From NCBI GenBank assembly GCA_963751455.1, contig CAVVUN010000001.1, positions 448,001 to 512,000 of the forward strand: a stretch of DNA of 64,000 nucleotides, given 5' to 3'. The stretch comes from Nitrospirota bacterium (lineage in GTDB: Bacteria; Nitrospirota; UBA9217). Both the position numbers and the translations under genes were made by a program. Each line of letters begins with the position of its first letter. The stretch's first letter is position 1. The notes below the pieces were generated by a model, which saw nothing but the letters and a program-made list of their open reading frames with translations, did not search any database and was not told the origin of the DNA. Shown here piece by piece: positions 1 to 10,500 of the stretch.

Positions 1-637
1 TGTTTTTCTCGTTGCCCCGCCAATATGCTCCGGCAACGGAAAGAAGCTTGAAGGCCTTTATCTTCGAGGTGGACCCCACATGCGGGCCTCTGCACAAGTC
101 TGCGAAATCGCCCTGCTCGTACACCGTGATCGTATTATCGGGCAGTTCGCTGATGAGTTCGGTTTTATATGGTTCGCCCAGTTTTTGAAAGAACGACAAG
201 GCCTCTGCCTTGGAAATGTTTTTTCTTCTGATCGGCGCAGCAGCCTTTGCAAGCTCCGCCATCTTCTTCTCGATCTTCGCGAGGTCCTCCGGTGTAAACG
301 GACGATCGAGATCGAAATCGTAGTAGAACCCTTCCTCGATCGCGGGACCGATGGCGAGTTTCGCCTGCGGAAAGAGCTGCTTTACCGCGTGGGCCATCAA
401 ATGCGAGGTACTGTGCCAGTACACTTCGCGGCCCTCCGGCGCAGAAAAGGTAACTATCTCTATCGCGGCGTTGTGATCAACGGGGACGTTGAGATCCTGA
501 AGTTGACCGTCTACTTTAATGGCAAGCGCGTCTTTAGCGAGGCGAGAGCCGATTTTCTCGGCAACTTCCTGACCGGTGATGCCGGATGGCATACTTTTGT
601 CCTGACCGTCAGGCAGCCTGAGTTGTATGTCACTCAT
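1..637 (-). CDS. thrS: Threonyl-tRNA synthetase, N-terminal part (runs off window)
   Basis: Manual translation from ATG at 637: MSDIQLRLPDG...REVYWHSTSHLMAHAVKQLFPQAKLAIGPAIEEGFYYDFD (TGS and editing-domain motifs). Confidence 0.95.
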   Translation of the reverse strand, partial: MSDIQLRLPDGQDKSMPSGITGQEVAEKIGSRLAKDALAIKVDGQLQDLNVPVDHNAAIEIVTFSAPEGREVYWHSTSHLMAHAVKQLFPQAKLAIGPAIEEGFYYDFDLDRPFTPEDLAKIEKKMAELAKAAAPIRRKNISKAEALSFFQKLGEPYKTELISELPDNTITVYEQGDFADLCRGPHVGSTSKIKAFKLLSVAGAYWRGNEKN

Positions 638-732
638 AAGATAGATAACATAGAAGATAACTTTACGAAAACGGGATCATGGTTAGATTATAACCGAGCA
701 GCAGAAAGCTACTTGCTTTCACCCGACTTAAC

Positions 733-807
733 TGGTAGGCCCGGGCGGTTTCGAACCGCCGACCTCTTGCGTGTCAAGCAAGCGCTCTCCCCCTGAGCTA
801 CGAGCCT
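733..807 (-). tRNA. tRNA-Val(GAC)
   Basis: Cloverleaf AGGCTCGTAGCTCAG...CTTGC-TTGACAC-GCAAG...GGTTCGAAACC...GGGCCTACCA with encoded CCA. Confidence 0.95.
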
Positions 808-948
808 CTGTTCTGTTTTGTAAAAGCGAATTTTATGAGATTTCAGGTAGTTTGTCAAGAAAAAAGCAAAGCGCCAAAGAGTTCAGCCGCTCTCTGACGC
901 TATTTTTGACTGTATCCGGGTTAGTGTCCGGTTTATGACACTTTGACA

Positions 949-3177
949 CTATTTCTTCGTCATTACAAATACGCCGTCCCAGTCCCGCGGCAGTTCTGTC
1001 TTACGCAGGCTCTCGATCCGGGAAAGGAACGTCTTTGAAGGGCCGTCACCGGGGTTCTTTGCCAGCACTTCATTAAAAAATTTATCAGCCTTTATCCAGT
1101 CCTGCTTCCGATATGCGGCAAGCCCGGCCTCGAACAGGCCGGCGATCTCCAACAGCCTGCCGTCCGCCTTGTGCCCCATCAGTTCGTAGATCCTGATCGG
1201 TATTGTCTTGCCTTTTACCCGTATCAGGTCGAGGTGCCGGAGAACGAATTCGTTTCTTACATCCTCATACGTATATTTCGGAACGATAATATGAGTGCCG
1301 TACTCTTTATTCAACCCCTCAAGGCGGGAGCCCAGGTTAACGGAATCTCCCATGACGGTGTAATCGAACCTGGTCGTAGACCCCATGTTGCCGACGGTGA
1401 GATTGCCGGTCGATAGACCGATGCCGATGTCTATTTTCGGCAGGTTGGCCTTTTCAAACGCGGCCTGGAGCACCTTGAGCTCGTCCATCATGTCGAGTGC
1501 TGCCTTGCAGGCCCTGATCGAGTTGTCCTCCTGCCATACGGGCGCTCCCCAGAATGCCATTATCGCGTCGCCCATATATTTATCTATTGTTCCCCCGTTT
1601 CTCAGAACAATTTCCGTCATGGGGGTCAGATAGTCATTTATCAGTTTTACCAGGGCCTGGGGCGTCAACCCCTCGGAGATCGTGGTAAAACCCCTGATGT
1701 CTGAAAACAGGACCGTCAGGCGGCGCTCTTCGCCGCCGAGAACGAGTTTTGCCGGATCCTTCAGGATCTGGCTGACCAGGGAAGGCGCGACATAACGGGA
1801 AAACGCGTCTTTTATCTCGCGCCTCTTCTTTTCCTCTGTCATGAACCGATAGGTTGTGACTCCGCCGAACACGGAAAGAGTCGTAAATACGGGATACACC
1901 TGGGTTAACCAGGTTTTCCACGCATTGAAAATGAAGTCATTCACGAGTACATAGCTGACGATAATGCCGACCGTAAAGAGCGTGGCATAGAGAGGGCGCG
2001 TCTTTGAAATGATCCAGGACAGAAAAAGTCCGATAAGTATGATTGCCGCCAGATCAAAGAGAACGATCCAGTCGGGCCTGCTTATGGAGTCTTCCCTGAG
2101 AATATTGTCAATTATATTTGCATGGATCTCCACACCCGGGAAAGTCCCGGAAAACGGAACGACCCTCATGTCATAGATACCGATCGCGCTCGCTCCTACA
2201 AGCACGATCTTGTCCTTTAACGCCGAGACCGGGACCGTACCGGCCAGAACGTCCGAAACAGAATAATACGGGAATGTTTTGTCCCCTCCCCTGAAATTGA
2301 TCAGGAGTCTGCCCCGTTCATCGGTCTTAATGGTCTTCTTTCCGATCTGGATCGAATCTATACCGTACTCCGCCGCGTTTATGATCAATGGCGGCGATCC
2401 CATATACTTTCGCACGGCCTCCACCGAGATATGTGAAAACATATCGCTGTTGTACTTAATTGCGAGCGGGACCCATCGAACCGTCCCGTCTTCGTCGGGA
2501 ACGATGTTGAAATAGCCGAAATCGGCTGCAGCGTCCGATATTATGGGAATATTTCTTTCGACCGCGAAGGCTAAAGGAACGCTCAGGTCGCGAGTCCCCT
2601 TGTCCAGGTAACGGATTGATGAGTAGCGTGAAGGAATACGGTATTCCGCGAACTTCTCGCTTTTCGTCTTGAGATGCTTGACTTCGTCATCCGAGGTAAA
2701 GAAAAAATACCCGAGGATGACCGAGGGGCTTCTCTTCAAAACGGAAGAAAGCTTGGCATCATTGTCCGCTTCTTTTTCTGCCTGTTCGAAGGCCGTACGC
2801 AGGCCCCGGTCCCCGAAGCGCTCCTTGAACGTCCTCATGACGCTCACTCCGGAGCTATCGTCCGGCTCAGCGAAGATCACGTCGAAAGCGACCACTTTCG
2901 CTTCATACTTGTTCAGGCTGTCAATAAGCTCCGCTATCCGGTAGCGAGGCCACGGCCACCGTCCAAGCGTATCGACGCTCTTCTGGTCAATCGAAACAAT
3001 GACTACTTCGTCACCGGGGGCTACCTTGCCCCTGGTCAAAAAGTGCAGATCGTATGCCTTGAGCTCCATGGTATTAAAAAATGAAAAACCCATCGCATAC
3101 ACAATGAGCGTGACAAACGTGAGGAACAGTCCGATTTTAAAGGCGGTAGGCTTGAACAACTTTTTAAACTTAGACAT
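949..3177 (-). CDS. CHASE2-domain class III adenylate/guanylate cyclase with C-terminal TPR
   Basis: IDQKS..LGRWPWPR and PGVEIHA (CHASE2), TM helices, FSDIRGFT, DKYMGDAIMAFW, YTVMGDSVNLGSRLEG. Confidence 0.92.
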   Translation of the reverse strand: MSKFKKLFKPTAFKIGLFLTFVTLIVYAMGFSFFNTMELKAYDLHFLTRGKVAPGDEVVIVSIDQKSVDTLGRWPWPRYRIAELIDSLNKYEAKVVAFDVIFAEPDDSSGVSVMRTFKERFGDRGLRTAFEQAEKEADNDAKLSSVLKRSPSVILGYFFFTSDDEVKHLKTKSEKFAEYRIPSRYSSIRYLDKGTRDLSVPLAFAVERNIPIISDAAADFGYFNIVPDEDGTVRWVPLAIKYNSDMFSHISVEAVRKYMGSPPLIINAAEYGIDSIQIGKKTIKTDERGRLLINFRGGDKTFPYYSVSDVLAGTVPVSALKDKIVLVGASAIGIYDMRVVPFSGTFPGVEIHANIIDNILREDSISRPDWIVLFDLAAIILIGLFLSWIISKTRPLYATLFTVGIIVSYVLVNDFIFNAWKTWLTQVYPVFTTLSVFGGVTTYRFMTEEKKRREIKDAFSRYVAPSLVSQILKDPAKLVLGGEERRLTVLFSDIRGFTTISEGLTPQALVKLINDYLTPMTEIVLRNGGTIDKYMGDAIMAFWGAPVWQEDNSIRACKAALDMMDELKVLQAAFEKANLPKIDIGIGLSTGNLTVGNMGSTTRFDYTVMGDSVNLGSRLEGLNKEYGTHIIVPKYTYEDVRNEFVLRHLDLIRVKGKTIPIRIYELMGHKADGRLLEIAGLFEAGLAAYRKQDWIKADKFFNEVLAKNPGDGPSKTFLSRIESLRKTELPRDWDGVFVMTKK

Positions 3178-3222
3178 TCGTGAATGACCTCACATGCAAT
3201 GATCTGAACTTGAAATCTACTC

Positions 3223-4821
3223 TTACTGCTTTTGCCCGGTCGGGTCGAATTCCATAACAAAGCAATCAGAGGTTTCAACTAATGGGTCGTTATCTTTATT
3301 GATATTTTTGTCCAGGTCGCCAACCGTATAACCGGTCACGAGCACGTTGCCGTTGCTGCCTGCCGCGATTGCCATGCCCTCGTCATCACTCGAGGTTCCC
3401 CTCTGACGCGTCCATTGTTTCTCACCGTTAGCGTTGTACTTTACGATAAGCAAATCATACCCGCCGCTGCTGGTATTTCCGTCGAATCCGCCCGCGGTAC
3501 CTCCTGTTGCGTAGATATTTCCTGCAGAGTCAGTGGCAATTCCGTTGGCACTGTCGTTGTCACTGGTCCCTGCCTGCCTCGTCCACTGCCAGGCGCCTGA
3601 AGCACTGTATTTTACGATGAACAGGTCTGACGTAAATCCGGTCGAATCGGGGTTCGCAAATCCATCAAGTCCGTTGTACGTACCGCCGGCTACGAACACA
3701 TTTCCTGATGAATCGACGGCCAAATCCCACGCCTGATCGTCGTCAATGGACCCTCGCTGGCTGATCCACAACTGGGTGACGGATTGATCGTATTTCGCCA
3801 CGAATAGATCATACAAACCGGTATTAGTCGTACCCGCAAGCGTTCCACCTGTATATCCGGCGATTATGATATTGCCGGAAGCGTCCATCGTGATCGCTTC
3901 GCTCGAATCATTTTGGGCTGTCCCGAGCAGGCGTGTCTGCACCGCTGCCCTGGTCCCTGCTGAATCAAACTTGACGATGAAAGCGTCGTACCCGCCTGCA
4001 TTTGTTTGACCGTCTATGGTTCCGTCAGTTGTCCCGGTAACGAAGGCGGTACCGGTGTTATCGACCGCGATGCCGGAGCTGAAATCGCTGCCAGTGGAAC
4101 CGAACTGATGCATCCAGAGCTGATTGCCTGATGAATCATATTTGGCAATAAAGCAGTCCGTTCCGCCCGCGGATGGATCAGCGCCTACAACACCATTGGT
4201 GGAACCTGTAATATACACATTTCCGTCAGTGTCCAAGGCCACGCCGTACCCTTCGTTAAACGTATTGCTCGCACCGAATTGACGCTGCCACTGTTGGCTC
4301 CCCGACGAGTCAAATTTGGTAAGGACTACATCGGATGAGAACATTGTAGTCATGGTCGAATAAACCGTCCCTATAACATAGGCGTTTCCCGCTTTATCGG
4401 TCGCGATACCGTAGGATTCGTCGTTTGTAGCTGCACCGAACTGCCTGGTACTGGGCTGAAGCTCGATATCGATCGACGTCGGCTTGCCATCGAGCGTAAT
4501 CCCCGACTTGCTACCCCTATAAATAACGTCCTGGAGGTCGTCCCGCACAGCAACATCGAAGATCCTGTCCTGCCCGTTAAGTACAAACAACGTCGTTGAA
4601 ACAGGCTGACCTGTAGAAATATTAGTCAACACGGTTTTCATCTCTTCCATGCCAGGCCCGGTAACCGTAAACGTAACGCTGTTGATCGAGGCCGAAGCAG
4701 CGTGGCTCGCTCCTATCAGAATTGTTATAGAAGAATGAGTACTCTGTCCGCTCCCGCTGCATGCAGCGATTGACAGGCATAGAGCAAATATTATCGACAA
4801 TGAGTAGAGAGACCTCTTCAT
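3223..4821 (-). CDS. Lipoprotein with SBBP-type beta-propeller repeats
   Basis: Lipobox IAAC; about seven repeats of GIAxDxxGNxYxTGxT...D.FxxKYDxxGxxxW. Confidence 0.8.
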   Translation of the reverse strand: MKRSLYSLSIIFALCLSIAACSGSGQSTHSSITILIGASHAASASINSVTFTVTGPGMEEMKTVLTNISTGQPVSTTLFVLNGQDRIFDVAVRDDLQDVIYRGSKSGITLDGKPTSIDIELQPSTRQFGAATNDESYGIATDKAGNAYVIGTVYSTMTTMFSSDVVLTKFDSSGSQQWQRQFGASNTFNEGYGVALDTDGNVYITGSTNGVVGADPSAGGTDCFIAKYDSSGNQLWMHQFGSTGSDFSSGIAVDNTGTAFVTGTTDGTIDGQTNAGGYDAFIVKFDSAGTRAAVQTRLLGTAQNDSSEAITMDASGNIIIAGYTGGTLAGTTNTGLYDLFVAKYDQSVTQLWISQRGSIDDDQAWDLAVDSSGNVFVAGGTYNGLDGFANPDSTGFTSDLFIVKYSASGAWQWTRQAGTSDNDSANGIATDSAGNIYATGGTAGGFDGNTSSGGYDLLIVKYNANGEKQWTRQRGTSSDDEGMAIAAGSNGNVLVTGYTVGDLDKNINKDNDPLVETSDCFVMEFDPTGQKQ

Positions 4822-4834
4822 GTACTCCTCCTAG

Positions 4835-5800
4835 CTATTGCGGAATAGTTACTTTCACTGTTACCGGGGTTACAATTAATGAAGGATCTGTCTCCGTAAT
4901 AGGAATAACCGGAGGCTGGTTTGCAAACTGCAGGACAGGAGACACTGCGGCACGAATCGCAGGTACGGGAAGCGGCATATCTGCCGACTGATTAATTAAT
5001 GCCGGAATACTCATGTTCTCAGCCACAACGTTCAGTGCCATTGCGGTCGGCGCCGACTCGGCCTCCGCACCTCCGGACGGTGCCACGCCCGGTGTACCGT
5101 CACTCGATTTTGCAGGTTCTCCATCAGAGGAAGTTTTATCCGCTACGGTTGTGGCTTCTACGTGAACCGCCAGTTGATTGGCTGAAACTGTCCGGGCCGC
5201 TGCAGGGGGCGTATCGCTGCTTAAAACGAACGTTGCCTGTCCACGGTTTACGGGAATGATTCTGTCAGGGATGGCCGGGTTATAGACAAATCCATGACCC
5301 TCGGTGAAAATGACACCCGTCACACCCCTTTCATAAAAGACAATGAGACCGGTCCCCTTTACTCCGGCAATCGCTGTCCTGGTCTTTATACTGAAGTTCG
5401 AATCGGTGCCGCCCTTTGCCTGCATGATGCCTCTTGTCTTCGATACTAATGCCCGAATCTTGCCGCGAAACAGGCTCAATAAGCCCGTCTTCCGGACATT
5501 GTCCTGACCCACGGCATAATCATCTACCTTTATGCGGGATTCAGGAGCAAGCTGAATTACCGAATCGTCATGGAAGCGTATCTCGGCCTTTCCCGACCGT
5601 TTCGTTCGAATGATATCACCGGTGAAAACAGGGTCGCCGGTGTTGGCATTGACGGGGACCGTTTCCGTCAATTTCAGGATATCCACACTTCCTTCCACCC
5701 GTGTCAGGGTGCCCACCGGTTCCGAAAAAGCGGACGCCGGTGCGATAAACATAAGAAACAGCAGTAACGGAAGAAAATATTTTTTATGATAAATGCCCAT
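4835..5800 (-). CDS. FecR-domain periplasmic protein
   Basis: Signal peptide, then VGTLTRVEGSV..GDIIRT..AEIRFHDDS..L..ESRI and IKTRTAIAGVKGT. Start moved to MGIYH. Confidence 0.8.
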   Translation of the reverse strand: MGIYHKKYFLPLLLFLMFIAPASAFSEPVGTLTRVEGSVDILKLTETVPVNANTGDPVFTGDIIRTKRSGKAEIRFHDDSVIQLAPESRIKVDDYAVGQDNVRKTGLLSLFRGKIRALVSKTRGIMQAKGGTDSNFSIKTRTAIAGVKGTGLIVFYERGVTGVIFTEGHGFVYNPAIPDRIIPVNRGQATFVLSSDTPPAAARTVSANQLAVHVEATTVADKTSSDGEPAKSSDGTPGVAPSGGAEAESAPTAMALNVVAENMSIPALINQSADMPLPVPAIRAAVSPVLQFANQPPVIPITETDPSLIVTPVTVKVTIPQ

Positions 5801-5872
5801 TGCAACCTCCGCCTTAATATGCGTATTGGTTAAAGTCTTTTCCGAGAACAAAGCGATTTTTTATTTTCACTA

Positions 5873-7399
5873 TCAGAAAGCCGCTGAAAGCCCGATTCCG
5901 GCGATGTTCTTATCGAAGCTGTATACTGCTATTGTTGAATCGGCCTTTGTGTACGAATACATAAATTGGGCCTCTATATTCTTTGATACAGGATATGTCA
6001 GCTGAAACCCTGTCGTATATGTTGTGTCCTTTCGTTTCTGCTGAAAAGTCGAGTGCACGTTGTCGAAAGCCTGGATATTAATTTCAAGATTTCCGCCTAT
6101 TTTTATCTTTTCCGAGATAGGATATTGAATCCCCCCGCTCAGTTTATTTCCGGCATAGCTCCAGTTCGCGCCGTCCGCATCTTCCAGGTTTATGTCATAC
6201 CGGACAGAGAAACTGCCCCCCGGTCCCATGGGCGCAAACCATGCAACCCCTGCTCCGGTATTTGCGGCATTTCTGTTCTCGTCGGCGGGCAAGCCCTCAA
6301 CAACGGTGTAATCTTTTATCTGATAAAGCAGCGAGAGGAAAAAACGATTATTTTCCATGGGAATCAGGCCCAGTGTCGGCGACAGTGTCACAATGTTCAT
6401 ATATGTCTCATTGCTGACAAGCGTGTAGTTGTAGTTTGCGAGAAAACTCAATGATTTGTCGCCGAAACGATAATCTGCTGTACCGCCCAAAATATGGCTC
6501 TGTACGTCAAAGTCCTTGAGGTCTGTATGCGAGTTCCAGTAAAGCGAATACTGTAATTTTAGATCGACCGGTTCGTTTACGGGAAGGGCATACTCTGACT
6601 GCAGGGTGACTACTGCCGACATATCGGATTCGCCGGAAATGTCGACGGGGACACCATTCGGCTTGAGTACCACGTTGCTGTCATACTGGAGCTGAATCCC
6701 CGCAACGCTCCTGAAACGCTTTTGTTTGCTTTCTTCGCCGGCTGCTATGGTATCGACTTGTTCCTGTGCAAGCGTGCCGATATCAGTGTTGGGTTCCTCA
6801 GCTGCCAGTGCCCTGAAAAGATCCTTAGCATGCGCAACCCTTCCAGTTCGGAGAAAAATCATTCCAATCTGGTAAGTAGCTGTCGGAGCTATTTTCTGAT
6901 CCATTGATTTTGCCGATTCAAATGAAGCAAGGGCATCTTCATATTTTTTCTTCTTCGAGAGGATCAGACCCTTCAGGAAGGCGGTCTGGGCAGGCTGGAT
7001 TCGGATATTTTCGGCCACCTCGACGGCATGCAGGGCTTCATCGGGTTTATCTGTCGCGTAATAGATGTCCGCAATCTCCAGAAACGCTTCCTGGACTGCA
7101 GGCTGAAGCTTCACTGCATCCTTCAGATGATTCAGAGCATCAGCGTAATTCTGCATCTTCTTCATGGTCATGCCGAGATAATACGCGGTAAGGGCAGACG
7201 ACGGTTTTATGGAACGGGCCTTTGTAAGTGTCTGCTCGGCTTCCTCATAACTGCCCTGCTGATACGCTTCGATGCCCTGTTTCAAATAGTCGACCTGGGC
7301 GGTTTCCAATACCTGTGAATCGGCATGCTTGCCTGCAGTCATTCCGAAAACCATGAAAAGCAGTAAAAAACCGGATAATCGCTTCAATATCGCCTCCAT
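5873..7399 (-). CDS. TPR protein with C-terminal outer-membrane beta-barrel (Slam/DUF560-like)
   Basis: Signal peptide, several TPR helix pairs, QYDSNV barrel-start motif, amphipathic strands, terminal Phe. Confidence 0.75.
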   Translation of the reverse strand: MEAILKRLSGFLLLFMVFGMTAGKHADSQVLETAQVDYLKQGIEAYQQGSYEEAEQTLTKARSIKPSSALTAYYLGMTMKKMQNYADALNHLKDAVKLQPAVQEAFLEIADIYYATDKPDEALHAVEVAENIRIQPAQTAFLKGLILSKKKKYEDALASFESAKSMDQKIAPTATYQIGMIFLRTGRVAHAKDLFRALAAEEPNTDIGTLAQEQVDTIAAGEESKQKRFRSVAGIQLQYDSNVVLKPNGVPVDISGESDMSAVVTLQSEYALPVNEPVDLKLQYSLYWNSHTDLKDFDVQSHILGGTADYRFGDKSLSFLANYNYTLVSNETYMNIVTLSPTLGLIPMENNRFFLSLLYQIKDYTVVEGLPADENRNAANTGAGVAWFAPMGPGGSFSVRYDINLEDADGANWSYAGNKLSGGIQYPISEKIKIGGNLEINIQAFDNVHSTFQQKRKDTTYTTGFQLTYPVSKNIEAQFMYSYTKADSTIAVYSFDKNIAGIGLSAAF

Positions 7400-7546
7400 T
7401 ATCGAAAAAAAAGGTCGTTATTCGTCTTGCGGTGACGAGGCCCGTTTCGGGTCACGTATCACGTCGTTCGTCTTTAATACGTTGCCGATTAGATGCTCGA
7501 CGAAACGGGCATCGTTTGCGTTACCGTTACCCTTTGGTTCCGGTTC

Positions 7547-10500
7547 TTACCATGTTTCCCCGTAATGCTGCTGCAGGATCATCATGTCTTTTCCGTCAAC
7601 CATATTGTTTTTATCCAGGTCGCAGACAGGGTTCCAGTAGGTGTCTCCAGGCCTGCTGCCGAACGCATGGAACACCTTCTGAACGTCAGCCTCGTCCACG
7701 CTGTTTAGCGCTCCGCTGTTGTCCACGTTCCAGGGATGGACCGGGTCATACCCGGTTGCATAGTTTACCTTGGCGTTCGAGACACTGGTGGCCGGGTTTG
7801 CAACAAGGTCAGTCGCTGTAAACGATACGGTATAGAACGCTCCATCAACAAGAGTTATGCCCGTGCTTAGCGAATGAGTCCCCTGTGAAAGGTCCGCTGT
7901 CTGCATGGTATAAACCTGCGGAGAAGCAGTGTCCTGGCTTCCAGCTGTTCGGGTAAATGTTATGGTGCCGGACTGGGCGCTCTCGCTCAGGCTGTACGTG
8001 ACCGTAGCGCTGGATATAATGGCCTTGGTTGACGGGCTGGTGACCGTTATCACAACCGACTGGTTATCGAACTCAATATTAGTGCTCAATGCCGTCGCGC
8101 TGGTGTTTCCTGCTGTATCAACCATATTGCCGATCTCGAAGGTATATATCGCGCCGTTTACAAGGGCCTTCCCTGTATCGATCGTATGTCCGCCGGCGGT
8201 CAGTTCGGAACTCGACAACGGATAGGTATACGGTGAGAGCGCGTCTGTGGTGCCGCCTGTCTGGATTATCGTGATCGTCCCACCTGTTACCGTTTCACTC
8301 AGAGTGTAACTTATCCTTGCCGTATTCACTCTGCTGTTCGAAACCGGGCCGGTAATGGCTACGCTCGGGATTGTTTCGTCATAGGTTATGTTCGCGTTCG
8401 GTACACTGGCAGTGTTCCCCTGACTGTCAGTTGCTTGGAAAGTTACTGTATAGATGGCGCCGTTCACGAGCGTCAGGCCGGTATCGGCCGTATGACTGCC
8501 TGCGCTAGTTTCCGTAAATGTGTATGTACGCGCGGAGACCAGGTCCGTCACACCGCCCGTCCAGGTGAATGTCACTGTCCCGCTTGCCACATCCTTATCC
8601 AGCGTGTACCCGACTCTTGCGTTACTGATGACACTGTCCGCGGCCGGAGACGTGGAACTGAAAGAAGGCGGGGCTGTTGTCGCTGCAAATACCGCAGATA
8701 TAGTATGGTTCGCTGCAACCGAGGAGAATGAGTAGGACAAGACGGCGCCCACTGATACTCCATCAGCCAGAACATCGGCAACGTAGTATCCGGCAAGCGG
8801 GGTGATGGTGAAGCTCTGGCTTGATCCGTGATTTACAGATACAGGGCCTGAGGGCGAAACTGTTCCGCCCGTTGTCGCAGATGCAGTGATCGTATACGTA
8901 TTGATCGCGAAAGAAGCATCGATCGTATGGCTTGCAGTAACAGAGGTAAACGTATACGCTGAGATAATCCCTTGTGATATGCCGTCTATGAGAACATCTA
9001 TGATGTGATATCCGGTGTTCGGAGTAATCGTAAATGTCTGATCAGATCCATAGTTAACCGTTATGGATGGTGACGGATTGATTGAACCACCGGTTCCGAT
9101 GTTCGCGGTAATCAGGAATGTATCTATCCCAAACGAAGCATCTATCGTGTGGTTCGCCGTTACCGTGGTAAATGTATACGAAGAAACGATGTTCTGCGAT
9201 ACACCGTCAATAAGAATACCTGTGATATGGTATCCGGCGCCTGGTGTTATGGTGAATGCCTGGTCCGCTCCGTAGTTCACGGAAACCGCGCCCGTCGGCG
9301 AAATGGATCCACCTGCGCCTGTCGTGGCCGTAATTGTCGCTGACGTGACTGTTGTGAAGTTCCAGCTGTAATCGGCAGCAAGCCCATTTCCTGCCAAATC
9401 CTGCGCGCCGGTTGACAGCGTTGCCGTATATGTGGTCCCGGTCGCGAGTGACGACGAGGGGGTGAAGGTCGCTGTTTTCGATAGCCCGTCATACCCGACG
9501 GTTCCTGTCACGCCGGTCACAATAAAGCTCGATGCAATAGTCGTCTGGTCCATGTCTTCGCTGAATGTCGCGGTGATCGCCGTGTCCACCGGAATATTCG
9601 CTGCCCCCGCTGTCGGCGTGACCGAAGAAACCAGTGGAGGTACTGTATCCAGGAGGACCGTGTCGCTGTATGCGGCCGACCAGTTTCCTGCATTGTCCTT
9701 GAACTTGGCATATACCGTCTTGAGGCCGTCTCCCGACGGTAAATTCCATGATCTTGAGGGAGCGCGCGTTTCCGGCGTTGTGTAGGAGATACCATCATCG
9801 GAGAACTGCATTTCGGCACAGCCGCTGCCGATGTCCGTGCAGGTGAGCGTCAGTGAAACAGCGGGGCTGGCGGTCCTGCCTGTGCCGCCGTTGACAAAAA
9901 TTGAAACAGTTCCGCCCGGAGCCATGGACGCTCCAAGAATGGTACCGTAGTTTCCTGCAACAAGCGCGGTGTCACCACCCACAGCGACTGCGTTGAGTCC
10001 ATTCGTTGTTACATCCATTGTTCTTTCATTCCAGTTGGTTCCATCAGTAGACGACAATATCGTGGAAGATCCGGCAGCCAGGAAAGTGTTGTTGCCGAAT
10101 GCAATTCCGCGAAGATCGCTCGATGTCGGAGAGGACGCCGGGGACCAGTCGACTCCGTCAGCTGACGTCAGTATCGTTCCGGAAGCTCCTACTGAGATGA
10201 ACATGTTATTTGCAAACGTGATCCCATACAGGTCTGTGGTAACTCCTGATGGTCCGAGGGTCCAGGTAGTTCCGTTACTCGAGGTCATGATCGTTCCCTG
10301 ATAGCCTACTGCGACGAACAGTCCGTTGCCGAAAGCCACGTCGTAGAGCATGTAGTCGGAATAATGATCGATCATCGCCCAGTTGATACCGTCCGGAGAG
10401 GTAAGTGTCAGGTATCCCATTGCGCCTTCGATTCCGCCTCCGACCGCTACGAACATATTATTTCCGAAAGCAACTCCATAAGGATCATATATTGTGGTTC

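Noticed and set aside
638-732. T-box leader upstream of thrS
   Set aside because: Only about 95 bp to tRNA-Val, and no T-box motif seen.
80-796. 238-aa plus-strand ORF
   Set aside because: Antisense shadow of thrS and tRNA-Val.
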